From: Patescibacteria group bacterium | GTDB taxonomy: Bacteria > Patescibacteriota > Minisyncoccia > JAHIHE01 > JAGLIN01 | Length of the DNA stretch: 64,000 nt | Assembly (NCBI GenBank): GCA_041670805.1 | Contig: JBAXYM010000003.1 | Span: forward strand, 16,406-80,405 | Direction: 5' to 3' | Shown here: positions 29,378-40,300 of the stretch, in pieces | Layout: the number at the start of each line of letters is the position of its first letter | Position numbering within the stretch: position 1 is the stretch's first letter | The notes under the pieces: generated by a model | The model's input: the letters and a program-made list of their open reading frames with translations, nothing else | Told to the model about the DNA's origin: nothing | Databases searched by the model: none | Translations under genes and position numbers: made by a program

Positions 29378-30646
29378 ATGAACAAAGAACACATTAAAAT
29401 TGAGATGGTTCCTATTGACCAGCTAAGGCTGTGCGAATACAATCCTCGGAACTTAAGCGAAAAAAGGGAGAAAGACCTAACCGAAAGCATTAAGAGATTC
29501 GGTCTAGTAGATGCCTTGATTGTGAATAAAAACATAAGCAGAAAGAATGTATTGATTGGCGGACACCAACGTTATGCCATCGCTAAAAAGCTGGGATATA
29601 CAGAAATGCCGGTGGTATTTGTAGATTTACCGCTAGAAAAAGAAAAAGAACTCAATTTGCGTTTAAATCGCAATACTGGGGAATGGAATCTGGATCTGCT
29701 GCGAGAGTTTGATATTGATTTACTCTTGGATATAGGCTTTGATGATAACGACCTAGCAGGTATCTGGGATGAGAATCTGGAGATAGAAGATGATAATTTT
29801 GACTCTGAAAAAGAATTAGAAAAAGCAAAAGAAACAGACATAAAGGTTGGAGACTATTTCGCCCTTGGAAATCATCGCCTCATTTGCGGAGACTCCACTG
29901 ATCTTGGCGTTGTTGAGAAATTGATGGATGGAAGTAAAGCAAACATGATATATTCAGATCCCCCTTTTAATATCGGGCTAGACTATGCCAAAGGCTTAGG
30001 AGGAAAGAGAAACTACGGAGGGAAAGTTAATGATAGTAAGAGCGACAGCGAGTATAAAGATTTTTTGAAAAAGACTATTTTAAATGCAATAACAGTGAGT
30101 AAAGAAGATTTGCATATTTTCTATTACTGCGATCAAAAATTTATCGGCATCCTTCAAGAACTGTATAGAGAGATCGGAATTGATAATAAGAGAGTGTGTT
30201 TGTGGGTGAAAAATGGGATCAATCCCACACCTGATATTGCTTTCAATAAATGCTATGAGCCTTGCGTCTATGGTATAAAAGGGAAACCATACTTGTCGGA
30301 TATCAAAAACCTAAACGAGATCCTAAACCATGAAGTCGGTACTGGGAATAGAACCATTGACGATATTCTAGATATGCTCGATATCTGGCTGGTTAAACGA
30401 TTGCCCGGCCAAGATTATGAACATCCTACAGAGAAAAGTCCCACTCTGCACGAAAAGGCGCTACGCAGATGCACGAAAGTGAATGATATTATTCTCGATC
30501 TTTTCGGGGGTTCCGGATCAACAATGTGCGCATGCCACCAGCTTAAAAGAAGATGTTTTACAGCAGAAATAAATCCTCTCTTTTGCCAACTAATTATTAA
30601 TCGCTTTGAAAAATATGCAAACACAAAAGCAAGAAAGCTCAATTAA
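29378..30646 (+). CDS. ParB-like nuclease domain::DNA methyltransferase fusion (island B paralogue)
   Basis: 422 aa; GGHQRY ParB-N motif; IYSDPPFNIG then DLFGGSGSTMCA; collinear with 10866-12146. Confidence 0.75.
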   Translation: MNKEHIKIEMVPIDQLRLCEYNPRNLSEKREKDLTESIKRFGLVDALIVNKNISRKNVLIGGHQRYAIAKKLGYTEMPVVFVDLPLEKEKELNLRLNRNTGEWNLDLLREFDIDLLLDIGFDDNDLAGIWDENLEIEDDNFDSEKELEKAKETDIKVGDYFALGNHRLICGDSTDLGVVEKLMDGSKANMIYSDPPFNIGLDYAKGLGGKRNYGGKVNDSKSDSEYKDFLKKTILNAITVSKEDLHIFYYCDQKFIGILQELYREIGIDNKRVCLWVKNGINPTPDIAFNKCYEPCVYGIKGKPYLSDIKNLNEILNHEVGTGNRTIDDILDMLDIWLVKRLPGQDYEHPTEKSPTLHEKALRRCTKVNDIILDLFGGSGSTMCACHQLKRRCFTAEINPLFCQLIINRFEKYANTKARKLN

Positions 30647-31370
30647 ATATGGGGAGATAATAAAACTGGGAGAACACAGATTATTATTTGGCGATGCCCG
30701 AGATGAAGAAAGTGTAAAGAAACTGATTGAAAATGATAAAATCAGAACAATTTTAACGGACATTCCGTATGGCATAGATTATGTGCAATCCAAGTCGGGG
30801 TTTAAACAGAATATTGCTAAGCCTAAAGAGATTGAAAATGATCAGACGCAAAGCGAAGCGGAATATATAGAATTTAATGAAAAATGGCTAAAGGCCATTA
30901 TTCCCTTCTTGGAGAAAAAGAACTCGATTTACATCTTCAATTCCGATAGGATGGTTTTTGCCTTAAGACAAGCGATGCTAAATAGCGGAATATATTTCTC
31001 TCAGCTTCTGGTTTGGGTAAAAAATAATGCTGTGATGGGAAGACTCAATTACCTTCCCATGCATGAGCTTATTGCCGTCGGATGGTACGGTACTCATCTC
31101 TTTAAAAAGAGCCAAGATAAAAGCATTCTTTTTTGTCCTAAACCCAATAAGAGCAAACTGCATCCTACCATGAAACCCGTGTCGCTTCTTCGCAGACTTA
31201 TTCTAAACAGCTCTAATATAGGCGATGTGATATATGATCCTTTCGGCGGATCAGGCTCACTTCTTATTGCCTGCGAACAAACAAAAAGAAAATGTTTAAT
31301 GGTAGAAATCGACGCGGAGTATTGCCAGACCATAATCGAGAGATATGACAGATTACCTAAGCGGAGATAA
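30606..31370 (+). CDS. DNA methyltransferase paralogue with atypical motif IV
   Basis: 254 aa; homologous to 12106-12891, but motif IV reads LTDIPYGI (DIPY instead of DPPY); motif I DPFGGSGSLLIA intact. Confidence 0.65.
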   Translation: MKNMQTQKQESSIKYGEIIKLGEHRLLFGDARDEESVKKLIENDKIRTILTDIPYGIDYVQSKSGFKQNIAKPKEIENDQTQSEAEYIEFNEKWLKAIIPFLEKKNSIYIFNSDRMVFALRQAMLNSGIYFSQLLVWVKNNAVMGRLNYLPMHELIAVGWYGTHLFKKSQDKSILFCPKPNKSKLHPTMKPVSLLRRLILNSSNIGDVIYDPFGGSGSLLIACEQTKRKCLMVEIDAEYCQTIIERYDRLPKRR

Positions 31371-31388
31371 CATGTTAACCGAAATTTT

Positions 31389-31898
31389 ATGAACTCAGAT
31401 AAAACTAAGATTACATCGCTGAAGGATCTTAAGGAGAAACAAAAAAAGGAAATAGTGGAAGAGCTTAGAAAGACGCCCATCGTACAATATGCTTGTCAAA
31501 AATATAATGTTCCCAGATCCACCTTCTACAGATGGATGAAGAGCAGCAAGAAATTCAAGAAAGAAGTAAAGGCTGCTTTAACCGATGGATGTGATTTGAT
31601 TAATGACCTAGCAATATCTCAGCTCATTGGCAAGATAAAGAATGGTGACAATACAATGATAATCTTCTGGCTCAAATGTAAGCATCCTGACTTCCTCGAT
31701 GTAAGGCGCATTAATCATGTGATTACAGAAAGAAAAGAAAATCCAATGACCCCGGAGAAAAAGGCGCAAATTGCAAAAGCATTAAGGGGATGGCAATTGG
31801 GCAGAGAAGAGTTAAAATATCTAGCTCATAAATATGCTACGTTGCCCTCAGAGAAATCAGGGGAAAAAGAATCACGGGATAAAGATGAACAGTGTTAA
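31389..31898 (+). CDS. HTH protein, terminase small subunit-like (island B paralogue)
   Basis: 169 aa; YACQKYNVPRSTFYRWMKSSKKF; homologous to 12878-13297; no TerL follows. Confidence 0.4.
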   Translation: MNSDKTKITSLKDLKEKQKKEIVEELRKTPIVQYACQKYNVPRSTFYRWMKSSKKFKKEVKAALTDGCDLINDLAISQLIGKIKNGDNTMIIFWLKCKHPDFLDVRRINHVITERKENPMTPEKKAQIAKALRGWQLGREELKYLAHKYATLPSEKSGEKESRDKDEQC

Positions 31899-31906
31899 GC
31901 GGATTA

Positions 31907-32806
31907 CTAATCCAATGGCCAACCTTCTTTCAGTCCCTCATTGGTTATCGACTTTTCTTGATCTGTATTAATATTATATTTTGTCCTTATCGCCGAAACG
32001 TATTTTTCCCTTAATTCGCTAAATTTCGCATCATTACTTTCATAATTTGTTGGAAATAATCTATTCGCTTCTTGTCGTGCTTTGTCTTCTGCCGCTACAA
32101 TCTCTTTATAAAGCTGTCTTCTTTGTTGCTCAGTCAATCCATAAAGAGTTTCCTCTTTCCCTCTCTGACTAAGATATTCGTCCAGATCATCTCTCTTATC
32201 AACTGTAATTGTATAGGATGTCCTGTCATTGCCTACTGCAATGACAGGAGTAACATTGCCCAAATCGCCTAAAGGAGCCCAGACGGCAGTTGCTACGTCA
32301 TACGCTCCGTCACTAATAGCTAATTCTTTATCGCTATATAGAAATAAAATAATCTCATCAATACCGCTATCTTTTGAGATTATATCGCTTATGATCTTGT
32401 TGACAGTTGAATCGACTTGATTTTCTTTTATCGTCGAAGGAACAACGATCTGATACTTTATTTTCTTATTAGTAGGCAGAGCCGCTAATTCGCTCGCGCT
32501 AAAATCTGATAAATTCTTATCGCCCATGGCTTTTCTGCTCAAATCTTCTTCTTTGACAATTTCATAATTTGTCGAGATACCCACAGCTGAAGTACTAATA
32601 GTCGATTGAGTTTGGTTAGAATTAATATCTTCGGAAGATACAGATTCGAGTACGGAGAATAAGAAAAGGATGAAGATAAAAGCCAGAAATATTTTTGGTC
32701 TAGTAGCTCCATGCTTAAACGACTTTTCAAAAATGGACGGCCTAATCAAACCGATTATCATTGTTACGAATACCAAAAATTCCAAGAACGCATACACGCT
32801 TAACAT
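31907..32806 (-). CDS. Membrane-anchored exported hypothetical protein
   Basis: 299 aa; two N-terminal hydrophobic helices, then a hydrophilic domain. Confidence 0.3.
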   Translation of the reverse strand: MLSVYAFLEFLVFVTMIIGLIRPSIFEKSFKHGATRPKIFLAFIFILFLFSVLESVSSEDINSNQTQSTISTSAVGISTNYEIVKEEDLSRKAMGDKNLSDFSASELAALPTNKKIKYQIVVPSTIKENQVDSTVNKIISDIISKDSGIDEIILFLYSDKELAISDGAYDVATAVWAPLGDLGNVTPVIAVGNDRTSYTITVDKRDDLDEYLSQRGKEETLYGLTEQQRRQLYKEIVAAEDKARQEANRLFPTNYESNDAKFSELREKYVSAIRTKYNINTDQEKSITNEGLKEGWPLD

Positions 32807-33067
32807 AGTTTTGTAGGATAGGTTTTTTAAATTGTTTCTGGCTCAGAATACAAAAAGGGTCTTCCGAACCAGCTGGTGAATCCTTCCGGAGACACCACTA
32901 CCTCCTTTCGAAGATAGACCTATCCTACAAGTACTAGTCAGAAGACCGTTGCTATGTAGGATAGGATTTGATTACCATGCCCTGACCGAAGCCAGAGTTT
33001 AGGCAATTTATGAGTATATAGTAGCACAAATATAGAAAATGGGAAGTCTTAGTTACCTACAGTTTAT

Positions 33068-34171
33068 CTACTTACCTTTAGTCTTTTTCTTGAAGTCATT
33101 TTCGACTAGTTTCAAGAGATTTTCTTCGCCTTCTACGCCTTTTAGCCTTCCTTGAAGAAAACCAAGGCGATAGTCAATTCCGCTACTCATTAATCTCCAG
33201 TTTGTTGGCGCGAGAGTTTCCTTTATAAGTCTTTGCAGATTATGAACGCTGTCATATTTTTCTCGAACCGGTTTATTATCTTGTAAAGTAAAACCTAAAA
33301 TAATATCCTTTTTAAACTCAGGCTTTTCAAACTCAAGTTTAATATAACTATTATTTTCAACTACAGGATTAAGAAGATTTTGCAGTTCTGCTATAGTAAG
33401 CTTCTTTATTCTGCTAACAGCATCATAAACATCTTTGTTCTCTTTTTCGTCTTTATATTTCTCAACAAGTTTTCCCATCTGTTCTGCTCGGCTTATAATT
33501 TCATATCCTTCTTGTTCGGAAATGCAATATTTCTTTCGGTTGGCTTCAAAATTGGGATCTATCTTTTCCTCTTTTCTCTCATTTAAATCCCATGTGTCGG
33601 TTTCCACATGACCACAATGTGAACAAGAGTATGCGTGAGCAATAATATCTTTCTCTCTTTTACTTTCTGTTTGCACTTCAAAATTACATTTTATACAAGT
33701 TGGCTTATGTTCCCATTCTGTTCTATCTTCCCAATAACCCCGGCGTTTTCCGCACTTAGCACATTCAAACATAAATAGCACCTCTTCTTTTCCCTTATGA
33801 TTATTCAAAAGATCTCGTGATATGCAGTTTTCCAAAAGTGAGCTACAGCCTAAGCATCGAACGCCTTGTGGTTCTTTGGCATTAATAATTTTCTCGTCTT
33901 TCTCTTTGTCTCGTTTCATCCATTCTTGAATTGTTTCAGATTTTTTAGAGGCACGCTCTGCTTTAATGAAATATAGGGCGATAGGTATGACTGAGTTGTA
34001 AAAACATCTTTCCTTAGCTTCTTCGATTTCCTTTTCTTTGCCTTCTAGTTTAGAAATGTCTTTAGAATATTGGCGCTTCTCCCACCACTGGCATTTTTCG
34101 ATAGTAAACTTATCGTAAAGTTCACTGTAATAAAGTTGATCCTTTAAGTGGATATATGGTCTATCGTTCAT
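33068..34171 (-). CDS. Hypothetical protein with multiple CxxC zinc-ribbon motifs
   Basis: 367 aa; CLGCSS, CAKCGK, CIKCNF, CSHCGH pairs. Confidence 0.35.
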   Translation of the reverse strand: MNDRPYIHLKDQLYYSELYDKFTIEKCQWWEKRQYSKDISKLEGKEKEIEEAKERCFYNSVIPIALYFIKAERASKKSETIQEWMKRDKEKDEKIINAKEPQGVRCLGCSSLLENCISRDLLNNHKGKEEVLFMFECAKCGKRRGYWEDRTEWEHKPTCIKCNFEVQTESKREKDIIAHAYSCSHCGHVETDTWDLNERKEEKIDPNFEANRKKYCISEQEGYEIISRAEQMGKLVEKYKDEKENKDVYDAVSRIKKLTIAELQNLLNPVVENNSYIKLEFEKPEFKKDIILGFTLQDNKPVREKYDSVHNLQRLIKETLAPTNWRLMSSGIDYRLGFLQGRLKGVEGEENLLKLVENDFKKKTKGK

Positions 34172-34293
34172 ATAATTATATTATTGTGTTACCTAAACAC
34201 ATTATTTTATCTGATATTGGCTAGGATGGCTAGCCATTTTAACAATAATAACCACTTATAAGTGGTTACTTTAACTGTTTGGAGTATTATAAT

Positions 34294-34722
34294 CTAACGA
34301 TAATATCTCTTTTTGTGATATCGTCGTCCGCTTGGTTCCCAAAGATAAGGCCAGAATCCAGATAGATGTAACAACAATCCCGATGAAATAAATACAACAA
34401 GATGGATTTCGTATGGCCATACCATGCAATATACAGAATCACCAAATAATTTCTCAAAGGATAAAAGTAGTAATGCTTGCAAACCTGTGTAAGTACCACT
34501 GCCAACAAAACGATTGAAGGACGGAGAAAAACCATTTTTAGAATTGTAGTGAAACGTACCATTTCGGGTTAATATTTCCCAAGCGATCCATATAAAGAGA
34601 AATATAAGTATAACAAGCCAATACCATGGCCATAGTGTATAGATTATCTGCCATAAAAATGAAGATGCGGATGAAGCAAATGGAATAGAAACTATGGAAC
34701 AAATATCACCTACTGAAAACAT
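34294..34722 (-). CDS. Small multi-pass membrane protein
   Basis: 142 aa; W/L/I-rich hydrophobic helices; upstream of and co-oriented with the ABC-ATPase gene. Confidence 0.3.
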   Translation of the reverse strand: MFSVGDICSIVSIPFASSASSFLWQIIYTLWPWYWLVILIFLFIWIAWEILTRNGTFHYNSKNGFSPSFNRFVGSGTYTGLQALLLLSFEKLFGDSVYCMVWPYEIHLVVFISSGLLLHLSGFWPYLWEPSGRRYHKKRYYR

Positions 34723-34765
34723 CCTCTTAGTATTAATTTATTATTTTGAATTGTTAATTATATAT

Positions 34766-37174
34766 CTATAACCCTAATTTTATGTATCTATCAATCTGAC
34801 CCTTAAGTTCATGCCATGAAGTTTGACCGTCTTTCGGAAAATGTGCCAACCCTCCAGTATTACAGTAAGAATATATTTCTCTAATATCCTCTATTTTACT
34901 AACAACATCTTTTACTCTACCACTTTGTATAGCATCAAGTATATATTCAAATTTATCTTCAGAATAACCCAAATGACGATCCTTGATTTCCTCTAAGCAG
35001 TAACGGAGTTTTTGTCCATAAATTACTATCATATCATCAGTTCCAGAAACAGAATTAACATTTCGAAAGTCATTTCTAAATGTTGAATAAATCGTATACA
35101 ATTCTTTAGGCCTAAAATGTATTGATGAGGAAGCTGATTTTAATATATAATAGAAGTTTCTAGATTGTCCTAGTGCTTTATTGCAAAATTTTAGACAATA
35201 GCACCTAAAAAGCGAATCGCATGTAAAAATGAATGATTGATTATAATTTATAGCTTCTTTATATATTTGTTCAGCGGCCTGTTTTCTTTTACCTGCATCA
35301 AAACAGTTGATCGGATCATCAAATACAACAATCTTTTTATTTTTATTTTGTTGCTTGTTAAGATCAGCAAGAAAATAACTGATTGCAATGGCTTGTTTTT
35401 CCCCTTCACTTAACTCATTTAATCTGTCTTTACTATTATACACAACCTCCAAACCACAAGTAACATCACCAATACGAAGGTCGTATTTCGGGTGGGATCC
35501 TATTATCTTCAACTTCAATTCAGGACAGAAGATATTAAGATTCTTCTCTATTTCACCAAAATGTATGTCCACAAAAGTTTTAAAACTATATTCGACTTTT
35601 TTTCTAAGGGAATCAAATATTTGCCTAAGCTGTCTTATTACTTCCTTATTATCAGCTATTTTTGCTTCACATTTAAAAATATTTATTAAAGCTAAATAAT
35701 TTTTGCAAACAAATATCTCATAATTATTCTTTTCTAATTCAGAGGCTAAGTCGTTCTTTTGTTTTTCTAAAGCGCCGGAATCAATATCCAATTTTATCTT
35801 CAGTAATTTCGATTTAACTTCTTCAATAACTAGGTTGTATGCCTGAATTTTTCCATTAACATCATTTATAGCTTCCGTTATTGACGTAATATCAGCAGTA
35901 GCCTTAATCGTAATATTCCTAAGTTTACTATCAGTATTAGCAATCTCTTTTTTAAATATTTCCACTTGCGCATCAGTCAAGGAAAGATCGGGTAAAATGA
36001 ATTCTGTTCCAATAAGCTTATTAACGCATGTTATTACGTCTAAGTTATTATTTGGATTTTTAGTACCCAATATGTTCAATATGTGTGTTTTATATGCTTC
36101 AAGTGTTCTTATGGTCTTATCTTGGTTTTTTATAAATTCAGCATCAAAGATCTTTTCATACTCGCTGATTGGATCAATATATCCATTCTTATCTTTAATT
36201 CCTTGCTTGCAGAAAGGACAAATATCAAGTTTTTCTTTATTTATGATATCCGCACCTTCTCTGATAAAATTTTCCTTTTTGTTTATTTCTACAATTGTTC
36301 TAGCCGCAGACAATCCAATGGTAAAATTAAAGGCAGATTCTACTTTATTTTTATCAGGATGTACCAAAGTATTAAAAGTATCCGGTTCTACTATTTTTTT
36401 AATTTCTTCCGATTGAGATAAACTTTTCACTATTTTCTGTATGTCGCTTGATAAAATGAGTGACTGTTTTTCTATATCATCGATTTGATCTTGTAATTTG
36501 TCGGGACTCCCTTCAGTTATATTCAAAACAGCTTTTTTGACTTCATCTTGTCCATAAACAGATGTAATCGAAGAATAACTAGTGTCGTTTTTTATCCCTA
36601 GACCACGATTAACCTTTTCTAATTTATCAATCAGCTGAGATAGATTATCAAGTTGGACTTTATATTGAAAGAAATCACCTAGATATAGCATCAATTTACC
36701 TGTGTTTTTATTATGATTTGCATCCCTGCCAGTTCGAGAAGAATGTATGAAATTTTCTATAAAATCTCTATCGAAAAATAAAATCTTATCTTTGAGAGAA
36801 TCATTTTGTATGCCGTTTACGTCATCATAATTAATTGCACCAGAATCAGTTTCAATAACAAAAGAACTTGTATCACCTTCATGATCCCAATGTTTCTTTA
36901 AAGATTCCCCTGAATCAGTATTTAAGCTTTTAAAAATTTTTACAATAGTGGTCTTGCCAGCACCATTTTCTCCAAAAAATACGTTATGTTTATTAAATTC
37001 ATTTTTTATTACCTTAGGATTCCCGTTTTTGTTTGATATAGGTTGTCCGTGTGCATCAAAAACTAGTGAGGGATTTGAAGAGTCCCAATCAAAGAGGAAA
37101 AACGAACCAATATTGCTAATCGTCGTTAGTTTACTTATCATTTTCTTTTTGTTGCTCGACCCAGAAATGGCCAT
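34766..37174 (-). CDS. ABC/SMC-like ATPase with a coiled-coil insert carrying a Rad50-like CxxC zinc hook (RloC-like architecture); C-terminal domain of unknown function
   Basis: 802 aa; Walker A FFGENGAGKTTIVKIF, signature-like LSEGEKQAIAISYFLA, Walker B IVVFDDPINCFD, central LDICPFCKQG between heptad-rich segments. Confidence 0.5.
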   Translation of the reverse strand: MAISGSSNKKKMISKLTTISNIGSFFLFDWDSSNPSLVFDAHGQPISNKNGNPKVIKNEFNKHNVFFGENGAGKTTIVKIFKSLNTDSGESLKKHWDHEGDTSSFVIETDSGAINYDDVNGIQNDSLKDKILFFDRDFIENFIHSSRTGRDANHNKNTGKLMLYLGDFFQYKVQLDNLSQLIDKLEKVNRGLGIKNDTSYSSITSVYGQDEVKKAVLNITEGSPDKLQDQIDDIEKQSLILSSDIQKIVKSLSQSEEIKKIVEPDTFNTLVHPDKNKVESAFNFTIGLSAARTIVEINKKENFIREGADIINKEKLDICPFCKQGIKDKNGYIDPISEYEKIFDAEFIKNQDKTIRTLEAYKTHILNILGTKNPNNNLDVITCVNKLIGTEFILPDLSLTDAQVEIFKKEIANTDSKLRNITIKATADITSITEAINDVNGKIQAYNLVIEEVKSKLLKIKLDIDSGALEKQKNDLASELEKNNYEIFVCKNYLALINIFKCEAKIADNKEVIRQLRQIFDSLRKKVEYSFKTFVDIHFGEIEKNLNIFCPELKLKIIGSHPKYDLRIGDVTCGLEVVYNSKDRLNELSEGEKQAIAISYFLADLNKQQNKNKKIVVFDDPINCFDAGKRKQAAEQIYKEAINYNQSFIFTCDSLFRCYCLKFCNKALGQSRNFYYILKSASSSIHFRPKELYTIYSTFRNDFRNVNSVSGTDDMIVIYGQKLRYCLEEIKDRHLGYSEDKFEYILDAIQSGRVKDVVSKIEDIREIYSYCNTGGLAHFPKDGQTSWHELKGQIDRYIKLGL

Positions 37175-37375
37175 CAGAGATTAACCTTTTTTCTAATTCT
37201 TCTGAGGTATCCTCTAAGCTGATAAGGCTTTCAGCTAGAGATTTTAAGCCATTATCCTGAGTTTCGGATATAAAATTTATTAATAGATCGTCCATGTAGT
37301 TAAGAATCTAGTTTATTTAATTACTCAATTAATGGGGCATATAACATTTTTACTTTGATCAATATTCGCCCCATT

Positions 37376-40300
37376 TTATTTTTCCAATGATTCTACAAAT
37401 CTTAATAATTTTTTAATCTCTCCTTCTTTATCTTGGAACCAATTCGTTGACCAAATACGATAAACAATGAAGCCCATATTTTCCAGTTCTTTCTGTCTAT
37501 ACATATCATAAGCATAGGCTTCTTCTGAAGAATGGTATGCTTTTCCGTCACACTCTAAAACTACGTCCTTAGACCCTGTCTTAATCACAAAATCTAATCG
37601 AAAGCCGCCAACCTTATATTGTTGAATGATATTGTCTTTTTCAAAATGATCTAATAATAATTCATAAACTTCTTCTTCAAATGGAGATTCAGATAAACCA
37701 TCTGTGCTAGAGATGATTCTAGGTTTTTCGAAACTTTGTGTTTTTAACAGTTTCAATATATTATCAGCACATTCATTGTCATGATTCGAGATTGCTTCGG
37801 CATAAGCCAAATACGCGTACAAAATGCCTTTCTTGTTATTGCCTTCGTTTTTTATTATTTCAGAATAGGCAAGGTATTTATCCTTTGGAATAGAAGTACA
37901 TACATAAAGCTTATGCTTTGCTCTCGTAATCAAAACATTCAATAATTTATACCCCTCGATCCTATTCAATCGCGCAAAATTCTGAGAAAACGTTCCATCT
38001 GGTTTAATTCCATAAGTAGTTGAAATGATTATAATGTCTTTTTCGTCACCCTGGATATTTTCCAGATTTTTAACAAATAAGCCTCTCTCCCTTAACTCCT
38101 GAAGTTTTATTGCAAACTCAGAATCATTTTCAGCCACCTCGTTTAAAGCTTCCGTTATCAAATTTCTTTGATTTATATTGAAAGTCGCTATTCCCACGGA
38201 TGGATATTTGCCTTTTTGGTCAGGATGGATCTCATCTCGGATAATTTTCAGGATTTCGGCTATTTCGGCAGGATTAGTTCTTGTTTCATACCTACCATTT
38301 ACAGCTCTGAATTCAATGGGTTTATAAACTTCTTGAGCAGGAAAAGAAATCAAGTTGCCTCCATAAAATGCGCTATTGGAAAATTCGATAAGGGCCGGAT
38401 GGTTTGATCTATAATGAAAGTCCAAATATGACTTATTGATATTTTGTAGATCCGTCGCATATTGGAGCAAAGACTCACTCTCAGCAAGAACATTCTGTTC
38501 ATCCTCTTCGTTAAAAACATCATCGTTATCTTCTTTTTCTTCAAGATCAAGCGCTTCAATCGTACTTTGAAAATAATTTGATGGTGGCATTTGATGTTCA
38601 TCTCCGGCAATAATTTTATATTGTCCCCGAATTAAACTTGTGAAAGTATCAGGTATTCTAAGCTGACTTGCCTCATCAAAGATAACAATATTAAAAAGTC
38701 CCTGTTTGAGAGGCAAAATCGCATTTGCGGCGGCAGGATTTGTTAAGATTACTGGAAATAATGTTGTAAACAAATCGAAATCTTTTTCAATTATATTTCT
38801 TAACGAATTCTTCGGACCAGCATTGTTTCTTCTTAAGTTATAGAGAGTATTAAAATTAAAAGTAATTTCAGACAGCTTGTGATTTCTATTATCGTTCCAA
38901 ACGGATTTGATTTGCTTAATTTGTTGCTTTTCTAGCTCTTTGTATAGAACAGTTAATTGTTGTAATTTGGAATCAGATTTGTGGAAACCTATACCTGTAT
39001 TAGATTCATAATTCAAAAGTGCCCCTCGATAATACCAAGCATTGAAGATGTTTTTCCAATTTTCTACTGGGAATCTCTTAAAAGCTGATAAGATTTGCAA
39101 TTCAAATTCATTCTTATTACTGCAAAAATATTTCCAATTATGAAAACTTTCGTACGAATCCAGGTAACTTTTTATTTTCTCAATCTTATTTTTAAGTTCT
39201 AAATAATATTTGCATACCGATTCATGACTTCCTAAATCGCCATAATTTATCAATTCAAAATCAAAGATTTCATCTTTCTTAATTTTAGCTAAATTCGTCT
39301 CTGCTTGTTTCAGTTTAATTTCGATAGCTTGTATCATTTTGATTTTGGATTCAGCACTCCTAACTTTAGATAAGACCTCAGATACATTACTTTTCAACTG
39401 CTCATATGAATTATATTCTTTGAAATCTGGCATTTTCCGTATTTCAAAATTAAACTTTTCCATTTCCAAAATAGATTTCGATACAGAATCATACAATACA
39501 GAAATTTTCTTTCTGATAGTGAAAATTTTTCTATTTTCAGCATTGGCAATAGATGAAAGACTAAGCAATAGATCCTGCCAATAACCTTTACTATTAAAAC
39601 TGCTACGATTTAAAGCAATACCTTGCTCATATAAATTAATAATTTCTTCTAGATTTTCTATAGCATTTAGTACGACAGCGCCACTTTCCTCTACAGTTTT
39701 TGGCACAAATAGAGAAACATTCTTTTCTTCACAGTCATTCTGCTCCTTGTTCGATAAGAATAAATATATGTTTTCTATAATTTCTAGGAATTTACTTGTC
39801 TCATCTTTTATTTTTTCCTGCGTTGCCCATTTATATCCTATTGAAAATAGACGATGATCTAGCATTTGAAAAATTCCTTCCGCATTGTTTTCTAAATCGC
39901 CAAAGAGAAAACTGCCTTCTTCCACTAGTGATAAATAAGTTGAATACTCTTTATGGCTAAATTCTAACTTTCTATAATCTAATATTGAATTTATCTGATC
40001 TATATCTCCAGATTTTGAAAATCTCAGATATAATCCTATCAACTGTTTCCACGAAAAATCACCGAAAACTTTTTTTAGTGATTCGGCATGCTTTGAATTT
40101 ATTTCTCCTTTAAGCTGACAGAATTTATTATATTTATCATTAAATTCTGATTCGGAAAATAAAGTATTATGTGAGCATTCTTTAATATTTCTAGCCCTTT
40201 CGATAGTCTTTTTTCTGTCTTTATTCACATCGTCGATAACCATTGAAAAATCTTCTAGTCCTATCTTTTCTAAATTTGCATGGATAACATCAAGAGCAGT

